Source: a virus
Strand: one strand, 5' to 3'
Length of the DNA: 64,000 nt
IMG/VR virus record: IMGVR_UViG_3300022221_000006
Coordinates: 10,180 to 74,179 of that record
The translations under genes were made by a program, and so were the position numbers. The notes under the pieces are model-generated. The model saw nothing but the letters and a program-made list of their open reading frames with translations. It was not told where the DNA came from and made no database searches. Of the stretch, positions 27,901-34,384 are shown one piece after another. How positions within the stretch are numbered: position 1 is the first letter of the stretch; every line of letters starts with the position of its first letter.

Positions 27901-30637
27901 ATCAGCAATAATAAGTGTAGATGGATTACACATGTATGTGTCAAATAATGATGGTAGCATTTTTGAGTATGATCTGTCGGAACCTTTTGATGTTTCGTCT
28001 GCAACTTATACATCGAGAACTATTAGATTCGCAACGACACTAGGAACGTCTCAATACACATCATTAGCCTTATCTCCTGATGGTAGTAAAATATTTGGAA
28101 ACAATGCCAGTACTAAGAAAATACACTCCTTTAGTTTTGGTACTAACTTTGATATCTCAACTCTTACAGAAGATGCAGGCTCTCTTAGTGTGCTTACCCA
28201 ATTCGGAGCGAATGGCTTTATTAACTATGTAATAAATAGTACAGGAACACGTGTATTTGCCCTCCATACATTGTCACCTTTCCGAATACATCAATACAAT
28301 CTGAGTACTCCTTGGGATCTTTCAACAGGCGTTTACGCAGCTACTTATATAAGTGCTGTTACAAATACTACACAAGGTCTTGCGATTTCTAGTGACGACA
28401 CTAAGTTATATGTCGGTGACAATACGACCAAGACTATTTTAGAGCTTTCAATATCAGCTTCGGGAGATGTCACTACATGTTCTCTCACAGGTGCCGCTAC
28501 TGATTTCTCGGATACAAATGTATATGTTGTTGATTTTACATTTGCAAATGAAACACTGATTGTATGTGGTGCTGCTATCCCCTATTTTATATATCAGTAT
28601 GCAAGTAGCATTGAGTGGGCGACAGAAGACCCTGGTACTGAAGGTTCTTCGTGGATCACTGAAGCATCTTTCTCAAGGATGGGTAGCTATGGAATAAATA
28701 CTAATACGCCTGCTTATTTAGCGCCTGTCTTAGCGCATAGTCCTGGTACGCAGGTAACGAAGCAGAGAGTCTATCAGTGGTCAACAGTAGCGCCTACTTT
28801 CCTTCCAAATGCCCAGACTACTTATAACTGGCTGAATGGTACACAGGGAAATGCGACGAACATGGGCTCATGGACGTTGGGTGTCACAGCCAGTCCAGGA
28901 GGCGTCGGTATTAGATTATGGGTTGCTGAGATTTCTACATCAGCCCCGAATGGCACAGTCTCTACCACTCTCGCGTGGGATACAGGAAATCCAAATATAT
29001 ACGCAGGTGACATTACAAACTTACCCGATGGTAAGACACAGGTAGTATCTATTTACCGATGGGATACAGCTATTCCTACTATTGTAGGTTCCAGTACCTA
29101 TACCTGGGAAACGGATATCCTTTCTGTAATTCCAACAGGCTGGTCAGATACGATACCTGCCACTGTTTCAGGCTATACACTATATGAAGCTCGTATTACA
29201 CTTGTTGACATAAAAGAGGCTGTCACAACGTCTGTTGATTGGTCTGCTGCTAAACGTCTTGCAATCAACTATGCTGGTGGTGAAGGTATTAATGCTCGCC
29301 GCGCCTACGTGTCCACCGTTCAAATAAATTCAGATGAGTCATTAGTTCTGAGTTCCGGTACAGGCTCCCTACCAGATTCTGAGGCCTGGGATTTCACCGG
29401 TGTTACTTGGAGCGATACGTTACCTACAGCAGGCGCTGGTGAAGTTGTTTACCAATCCGATGGAATGTACGATGAGAATACCACTAATGTGACATGGTCT
29501 CCCCCTTATGTTGCTGCTTTTAAAGTAGGTGATCTTAGTGCAATATCTGCTTCGATGGGTACCCTGAATGTAACTTCATCACTCACGATGCAAAATTCGG
29601 GTGTCATTAAGTCGGAAGATGCTACTTCTCTAGTTGCAGGCGCAGGTCTTTGGATGAGCGGTGGAACAAGTGCACAGTCTGAGTTTAGAGTAGGGGACCC
29701 AGCTGCTAGCAACTACTTAGCTTGGTCTCCTGCTCTAGGTGTGCAGGCAAGAGGTGCTGGACTCTCCATAAATGGAGCAGCCGGAGCGATATCTCTCAAT
29801 GATGAAACCTTTGGAAATAAGGGGGTACAGCTTGAGTATAATGTAGGATCTCCTCGGATATATATCGGAAATGGCGAGGGTAGTTCTATCAGTTATGAAA
29901 ATAATGCATTGACACTCGGCGCTGGCGTGCATATAGATGGCGCAGATTCCATATCAGCTGTTTCCAACTTCTATCGCTCACACGATTGCACTGACACTGT
30001 TGGTTGGGGTACTTTCTTAGGTGGACCGACTCTGACCCAGTTTGACTATGGTTGGAGAGTCACTATACCAAATACTGACACCGCAGAGTTCTGGGTCTAC
30101 AACACGAGGCTTTTTCTAAATAATACTGCACAATGGGGTAGTGACAGAAAAGTCTACTTTGATATAAGCCTCGCGCCTACTCCTACAGAACCTAATCTTC
30201 GAATGGAGATTGGCATGGGATATATGCGGACGAATGTCGTATATAGAAACGGAGTGTGGTTTTCCATAATCTATGATGATACCTCACCGATAGCGGTGCG
30301 AGGTGTGTGCTATAGATGGGGTGTTCCTACTTACACAGCAGCTATGCCTTTTGATATCATGGATCCATCGCGCAGTGATCGCATTCAATTTTTCATAGAC
30401 TACAAGCCCTCGATCAACGTCTGCGACTTCTACATAAATGGTATCTATCAAGATTCTCTCCCAATGGGTAGCGGAGATAGACCTACTACTGAAAATAGCA
30501 GCGAGACATACATGGCCGGTCTTCGGACTTACAATGCAGGAACACTTACAGGACTTCTGAATCGAAATTTCTTCATTACCCAAATTAAATGGTGGGTTGC
30601 ACTTACTGGAGGAGCTTTTGCTGGGTACCCTCGTTAA
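24974..30637 (+). CDS. Central tail fibre / host-specificity protein (J-like) with beta-propeller repeats
   Basis: LVYGRAKIGG, NNPVYVLLDYLT..YG, LEPGDVI, FN3-like segment, repeated YDLSEPFDVSSA/YNLSTPWDLSTG propeller blades, LSAISASMG. Confidence 0.85.
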   Translation: MSVIAAVVGLSAYIGGATILTAVMLGASIKYQQYKQQKALDAMEAAADEAKGFEVVTEGEIDSVKLVYGRAKIGGTRVLHRLKSNYVYAAPALGGEVFVTEGDTRLASSVDSVPVLGTIKVISNTTSFNGAVDGTWDSDNETITQLTVSSEISRSSPTGPFTVTTEVGKAAIFGSAYVAVKIGHTPFDTYGDWSVEEGNAEEPIATVFNYRVDSYNNTTGLLTLKFHSATNPEYLSGTRTASLSANKNGSKNEFLFINQVICHKGISAVHSIDIDGRDFRHPDFGASGRIHVYRDGGIGDPMLNANITGQAASLFPETAYASMVFKLNRDEPQYRGIPEVVFYVDGFELSRIDESLGVYTKSSTKYSSNNPVYVLLDYLTAEYGRNLDISKIDLASFHAAAQLCEKQVDAGSLEDIDINGALWNEKVKTTGTRNIKLYECNLVLDTADDFRSNVNKILGSIPEAHFMWSDGTYKISLKYPEVWSAGTWPAGSIVQYETGGVIDLYRSTVSTIEVPGAGVEWETGPDPQLVSAYLTDDDIILENEITMSWPDLSSRLNYCTITFVNESKDFEKDTVSWPNRYGPGLTTVYDTYLAEDNGIELETSKSPHGITTEYHATAYAEMIVRKSRHAHVLGMTVTNEFMYLEPGDVIHLNSTELKVPSEIYLIDSLKVSAQGNIDIQLTKFDARILAWNAKDMEVVSKRSIYSGDLPQVTGLAYTPPAPGKATLTGGNLTWDPSTYKTALKYNAYIAGGPADIQDFNTVWEFLGSSTSNSLTMPPFTPGRYTLTVVAEALSGKVPPVYNLTTGSRWPLLTVDIADSLLGGNQFALTLYKYSTTDLTGTSVEGGSFDFTNHVTTPPVGYYVSEGVARENATDPLQPGDLYVSTAVASVNHPATIDISLAWTALELFDPKTTQKTIKFYARVPAAEPNPSAPSGGSYLFPEGPVTPPSSALASGSYTGKSFSVATQINGSPTDLASAIISVDGLHMYVSNNDGSIFEYDLSEPFDVSSATYTSRTIRFATTLGTSQYTSLALSPDGSKIFGNNASTKKIHSFSFGTNFDISTLTEDAGSLSVLTQFGANGFINYVINSTGTRVFALHTLSPFRIHQYNLSTPWDLSTGVYAATYISAVTNTTQGLAISSDDTKLYVGDNTTKTILELSISASGDVTTCSLTGAATDFSDTNVYVVDFTFANETLIVCGAAIPYFIYQYASSIEWATEDPGTEGSSWITEASFSRMGSYGINTNTPAYLAPVLAHSPGTQVTKQRVYQWSTVAPTFLPNAQTTYNWLNGTQGNATNMGSWTLGVTASPGGVGIRLWVAEISTSAPNGTVSTTLAWDTGNPNIYAGDITNLPDGKTQVVSIYRWDTAIPTIVGSSTYTWETDILSVIPTGWSDTIPATVSGYTLYEARITLVDIKEAVTTSVDWSAAKRLAINYAGGEGINARRAYVSTVQINSDESLVLSSGTGSLPDSEAWDFTGVTWSDTLPTAGAGEVVYQSDGMYDENTTNVTWSPPYVAAFKVGDLSAISASMGTLNVTSSLTMQNSGVIKSEDATSLVAGAGLWMSGGTSAQSEFRVGDPAASNYLAWSPALGVQARGAGLSINGAAGAISLNDETFGNKGVQLEYNVGSPRIYIGNGEGSSISYENNALTLGAGVHIDGADSISAVSNFYRSHDCTDTVGWGTFLGGPTLTQFDYGWRVTIPNTDTAEFWVYNTRLFLNNTAQWGSDRKVYFDISLAPTPTEPNLRMEIGMGYMRTNVVYRNGVWFSIIYDDTSPIAVRGVCYRWGVPTYTAAMPFDIMDPSRSDRIQFFIDYKPSINVCDFYINGIYQDSLPMGSGDRPTTENSSETYMAGLRTYNAGTLTGLLNRNFFITQIKWWVALTGGAFAGYPR

Positions 30638-30653
30638 CAATTGCGCCATATGT

Positions 30654-30683
30654 GGTATCTTATATGAATAGGAATAATCCTAT
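30654..30683 (+). promoter_or_regulatory. Class I repeated motif GGTATCTTATATGAATAGGAATAATCCTAT, copy 1
   Basis: Exact 30-bp copies at 32770 and 33186. Each lies just upstream of an SD and start codon. Confidence 0.8.
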
Positions 30684-30705
30684 TATAATAATCAGGAGAT
30701 ACTCG

Positions 30706-30990
30706 ATGAAATATTTAATTATAATAATAGCTCTACTAACAACCCCCGCGTTTGCCTGTAATTCTCATGATACTAATGGGTATATATGGATTGGGGCTGG
30801 ACTTCATGACAGTCCACACGATGTAGCATTTGGAAAAGAGATAGCAGAGTGGGGTGTGAGCTTCAATTTACACCAGATCAGTCCTATCAACAGCCTCCGT
30901 TTCATCCTTAAGCACGATTCAGGGATATGGACGAGGGAGAGAGACTATGGCTACAACACTGCAACCTTCAGGCTACAAGCTAACTTCTAA
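30706..30990 (+). CDS. Small secreted/outer-membrane protein
   Basis: AGGAG SD, signal peptide MKYLIIIIALLTTPAFA, H-D-S..GYN pattern, C-terminal Phe. Start re-called from 30589. Confidence 0.65.
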   Translation: MKYLIIIIALLTTPAFACNSHDTNGYIWIGAGLHDSPHDVAFGKEIAEWGVSFNLHQISPINSLRFILKHDSGIWTRERDYGYNTATFRLQANF

Positions 30991-31538
30991 TGAAACTTTC
31001 AGAAATATCACGTAAAAAGTCACTGGCACGGATCGTCAGTGGCTTCATGAACATGGATGTTCCCGTAAAGGAGCGTATAGAGTCTCTTGAGAGATACCTA
31101 TGCACTCTCCCTCAACAAGAAGCACCAGTTGAAGAACTCTGGGGCAAAGATGTATATGTTCGGGAACTTATAATCCCTGCAGGTTCTTTTGTAATAGGGC
31201 GTATTCACAAATATGATCATGTAAGTATTATGATCGAAGGCGAACTTTTAATGTGGACAGAATTCGACGAGACAATACACTTAAGTGGCTACAATAAAGT
31301 CATTGCAAAAGCAGGTATTAAACGAGTCGGTTATGTTCTACAAGAAACGAAATGGATTACCGCTCACGGTGTCACCGAGACAGACAACTTTAAAAACCCC
31401 GTCGAGGCTTTAACCGTTGCAACATATGGAGAGTATAGCACATTCAAGGATGCTGAGATGGTATGCATCGAGGGCAACTCCATAGAACAAAACCTGAGTC
31501 TGCCGGTGTCAAAATCGGTCTCCAGAACGCCAGACTAG
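30990..31538 (+). CDS. Cupin-fold phage protein
   Basis: VYVRELIIPAGSFVIGRIHKYDH...G...AGIKRVGY....WITAH. Confidence 0.7.
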   Translation: MKLSEISRKKSLARIVSGFMNMDVPVKERIESLERYLCTLPQQEAPVEELWGKDVYVRELIIPAGSFVIGRIHKYDHVSIMIEGELLMWTEFDETIHLSGYNKVIAKAGIKRVGYVLQETKWITAHGVTETDNFKNPVEALTVATYGEYSTFKDAEMVCIEGNSIEQNLSLPVSKSVSRTPD

Positions 31539-31663
31539 CACCACGATCTCAGGGTCACCCTTATGGGAGTGTGCCTGAAAAAACGACAGCAGAGACGGCC
31601 AGTCTGGAAGCCGTCCTCAAAAAATCCTTTAGAATCAAGGGGTTAGGGCGGTCGTCACCTCAG

Positions 31664-31680
31664 ACCCCGTTAAATTATCC
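31664..31680 (+). promoter_or_regulatory. Class II repeated motif (ACCCCGTTAAATTATCC)
   Basis: Copy of the 10447/57855 motif, upstream of the lysis genes. Confidence 0.7.
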
Positions 31681-31849
31681 CTGTAGGCTCCCCCGTAATG
31701 TAGTATTTATAACTCCCTATCACCACTGTTGTAAATCTATAACAATAAAGGATTAAAGAATAGAATAAGGATATCCCCTCAAGACCTTCTCTAAAGAGGT
31801 CACTCAATAGTCCCTAGGGCTAACTAAAATATAAATAAAGAGGTATATC

Positions 31850-32386
31850 ATGGTTCCAATTGTAGCAGGTCTTCTAAAAGGAGGACTCTCGCTTGTCGCA
31901 AATGCATTTCTTGCAAAAGGTAAGGAATGGGTCGAAGAGAAAGCGGGTATCACTCTCGATCCTAAAGAACCACTCTCAGAAGAGCAGTTGGTTGCTCTAC
32001 GAAAGTTTGAGATGGATAATGAAGTGGAATTGCGTAAGCTACAAATTGAAGATAATCGTCTCGCAAAAGAAATCGACGAGATGTATCTAAAAGACACTCA
32101 GAGCGCACGTCAAATGCAGATGACGGCGTTAGAACAAGACGACGTATTCGCTAAGCGTTTCGTTTATTACTTTGCATCTTTTTGGTCACTAGGCGCTGCT
32201 ATATACATTGCAGCTATAACTTTTATGGCAATCCCAGAGGCAAATACTCGCTTTGCTGACACAATATTGGGCTTTCTCTTGGGTACAATTGTCGCCCAGA
32301 TCATCTCATACTTCTATGGTTCTAGCAAATCATCACAGAATAAGGATAAACTGAAAGATGAGATGCTGAAGAAGGTATTGAAATGA
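31850..32386 (+). CDS. Holin-like membrane protein
   Basis: D..SAR.MQ motif, two TM helices, YFYGSS; adjacent to endolysin. Confidence 0.7.
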   Translation: MVPIVAGLLKGGLSLVANAFLAKGKEWVEEKAGITLDPKEPLSEEQLVALRKFEMDNEVELRKLQIEDNRLAKEIDEMYLKDTQSARQMQMTALEQDDVFAKRFVYYFASFWSLGAAIYIAAITFMAIPEANTRFADTILGFLLGTIVAQIISYFYGSSKSSQNKDKLKDEMLKKVLK

Positions 32387-32712
32387 GGCTTGGTCAACAC
32401 CAGGAAGCATTTTTCAGAGACCTCCTCAAACTGGGTATCCACGCATTATCCCTGGGATATGAGATACGTGGCGGCGAATTACAACGCCCAATAGAGATGC
32501 AAGAGCTCTATATTAAGATGGGACGCTCTAAGACGATGCGGAGTGAGCATCTCAACAAGTGTGCGATAGATCTTTATTTCACGAAGAAAGGTAAGCTTGT
32601 GTATCCCGAGGAACTCGGACGATACTGGGAGAGCCTTGACACTCGAAATTCAGCAGGGATGTTCTGGAAGTCTTTCAAAGACGGACCTCATTATCAACGT
32701 TCAACCCGATAG
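32383..32712 (+). CDS. Endolysin, M15 family peptidase
   Basis: R...Q, S.H....A.D, and D.PH Zn-peptidase motifs. Confidence 0.85.
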   Translation: MRLGQHQEAFFRDLLKLGIHALSLGYEIRGGELQRPIEMQELYIKMGRSKTMRSEHLNKCAIDLYFTKKGKLVYPEELGRYWESLDTRNSAGMFWKSFKDGPHYQRSTR

Positions 32713-32720
32713 TACCGATG

Positions 32721-32752
32721 ACCCCTTATGTTCTTAGGAATATAGGGGGTTT
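32721..32752 (+). terminator. Terminator-like hairpin after lysis genes
   Basis: ACCCCTTATGTTC-TTAG-GAATATAGGGGGT followed by a short T run. Confidence 0.6.
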
Positions 32753-32769
32753 AAAACTGCGCAAAAATG

Positions 32770-32799
32770 GGTATCTTATATGAATAGGAATAATCCTAT
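32770..32799 (+). promoter_or_regulatory. Class I repeated motif, copy 2
   Basis: Exact 30-bp repeat. Shares AACTGCGCAAAAA upstream and CACAACAA downstream with copy 3. Confidence 0.8.
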
Positions 32800-32820
32800 C
32801 ACAACAACTGAGGTAATATT

Positions 32821-33132
32821 ATGAACAAGCAATTTGCAGAAATGATCGAAAAAAGTCTTTCAGGTTTTAGTAAGTACGGTTTGGAGGCGTTGGCAAAACG
32901 TAAGCTGACGGCTTCGGATATCCTTGCGAGAGCTACAAAACGGGTTGTCTCACGGGAAGATGAAGAGTATTACGTTCTTGTACGTAGTCCTACGAACGAC
33001 CAGATAAAAGCCCGTATTACTGACCGCACACGGGTAGGTGATTTGGAAGGTATAATCGATGGTCTGCTGGACCGACTTAATGACAGTATGGAAACTGACA
33101 TCCACGGCAAGAAGCCAAAAGCTAAAGCCTAG
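32821..33132 (+). CDS. Hypothetical early protein
   Basis: GAGGT SD, directly downstream of a class I motif. Confidence 0.75.
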   Translation: MNKQFAEMIEKSLSGFSKYGLEALAKRKLTASDILARATKRVVSREDEEYYVLVRSPTNDQIKARITDRTRVGDLEGIIDGLLDRLNDSMETDIHGKKPKAKA

Positions 33133-33146
33133 TAATTGCTCTACTG

Positions 33147-33168
33147 TACGGGGTGTAAAAACCCCGTA
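33147..33168 (+). terminator. Hairpin between early units
   Basis: TACGGGGT-GTAAAA-ACCCCGTA; no U-tract. Confidence 0.45.
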
Positions 33169-33185
33169 TGAACTGCGCAAAAACA

Positions 33186-33215
33186 GGTATCTTATATGAA
33201 TAGGAATAATCCTAT
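33186..33215 (+). promoter_or_regulatory. Class I repeated motif, copy 3
   Basis: Exact 30-bp repeat; heads the gene run leading to the second RNAP. Confidence 0.8.
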
Positions 33216-33236
33216 CACAACAAACGAGGTAACACT

Positions 33237-33527
33237 ATGAAAAATCAAGAAGTATTAAAGAAAATCCCAGAAGCCATCCTTTGGTATTTAAAGACAATGC
33301 TCGTAAATATGCTGATGCTTTTATGCGGAATCTTTCTTGTGTATGAAATTCAGCTTTTGATCCTCTATCCGATCTTAATTGCACAAGCTTTTATGTATGC
33401 TGCTTTCTTCGCAGCTATAATGACTGCTGGTCAATATATAGCTGCTAGTGTATATGAGTGGGTCAGCCGCTGTAAATATGATCGTGAGCATGGTATCATC
33501 AACGGCAAATGCCAGGCGGCTGTCTAA
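33237..33527 (+). CDS. Membrane protein (early)
   Basis: GAGGT SD; two hydrophobic segments. Confidence 0.7.
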   Translation: MKNQEVLKKIPEAILWYLKTMLVNMLMLLCGIFLVYEIQLLILYPILIAQAFMYAAFFAAIMTAGQYIAASVYEWVSRCKYDREHGIINGKCQAAV

Positions 33528-33694
33528 TGTTTAGTCTAGCAACGATCGCATTGATAGTGAGCGGTATAAGTCTTATCACATCAGTCTTTGTAGTCCCTTA
33601 TGTGATTGTTTCTTTCTTTATTAAGCTTGTACTTATTGCCATGGTCTTCGGGCTGGTGATGTATGCTATTAAGAGAGCTTTCGCAAACAGGTAA
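33527..33694 (+). CDS. Small membrane protein
   Basis: TAATG overlap; almost entirely hydrophobic. Confidence 0.6.
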   Translation: MFSLATIALIVSGISLITSVFVVPYVIVSFFIKLVLIAMVFGLVMYAIKRAFANR

Positions 33695-33725
33695 TCAACA
33701 AATCTTTTTTCGAAGGAGGAAAGGT

Positions 33726-34130
33726 ATGTCATCAACAATTGTAGCAATCCCAGGGTACTTCTGTATAAGTGATAAATATCCAACATCTCTGGGAAATATC
33801 AACTTGAGCTTCGAACACTATGCAGAAGGTGTTCAGCGGCTCGATTTAGCAGGGCTTGAACCTGTAGAAGTGACGTCGATTTGGAATCATGAAAAGAAAC
33901 CAATGAGACGCCGGTGGGGTGGATTTGTATTCAACCTTCAAGTCTTTGGTGTGATTGATACAAAGGCGAAATCAAAAGAGAAACCTGCGTCAAAACAGGG
34001 GAATCAAAAGACGGAACAAACGAAAACAACAAAAGGGTCTCTTATCCCATTCTTTGTGGAAAAAAGAATATATGATTATATCGTACAACAAACCAACTAT
34101 GCGAGACCTGCGGATGTAATAAGATTATAG
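33726..34130 (+). CDS. Hypothetical protein
   Basis: AGGAGG SD before ATG 33726. Confidence 0.65.
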   Translation: MSSTIVAIPGYFCISDKYPTSLGNINLSFEHYAEGVQRLDLAGLEPVEVTSIWNHEKKPMRRRWGGFVFNLQVFGVIDTKAKSKEKPASKQGNQKTEQTKTTKGSLIPFFVEKRIYDYIVQQTNYARPADVIRL

Positions 34131-34190
34131 CTGCTACCCCATATGACACCTTCGGGTGTTGTATGGGGGCGTGTAGCTTTATTTTTTCTT
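34130..34190 (+). terminator. Long-stem intrinsic terminator
   Basis: CCCCATATGACACC-TTCG-GGTGTTGTATGGGG followed by a T-rich tract. Confidence 0.75.
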
Positions 34191-34201
34191 CCGGAGGAAC
34201 A

Positions 34202-34336
34202 ATGGCTTCAACAAAGCTCAAAATCGTTCACTATGTTTTAATATTTAGTGTATTAGCCTTATTTTCAAAGCTGCGCCCTGAGACAATGCTTGTCGGTGCA
34301 ATCGCGATCTACCTCTATCAGAAGGTAACTTCATGA
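34202..34336 (+). CDS. Small membrane protein (44 aa, below ORF-track cutoff)
   Basis: GGAGG SD; MASTKLKIVHYVLIFSVLALFS... Confidence 0.55.
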   Translation: MASTKLKIVHYVLIFSVLALFSKLRPETMLVGAIAIYLYQKVTS

Positions 34337-34384
34337 TAAAATTTATAGTGGGTCTATATTTGATATCGTTAATCCCAAAGGTTA

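Noticed and set aside
30641-30670. Class I motif as a sigma70 promoter (TTGCGC as -35)
   Set aside because: No good -10 hexamer at 16-18 bp spacing, the other copies read CTGCGC, and 30-bp exact conservation exceeds what sigma70 needs. Not fully excluded.
31463-31756. 97-aa ORF across the gap before the holin
   Set aside because: Overlaps the cupin gene and the class II motif, and the sequence is not protein-like.
30654-33215. CRISPR array from the 30-bp palindromic repeats
   Set aside because: Copies are 416 and 2116 bp apart with whole genes between them; no cas genes.
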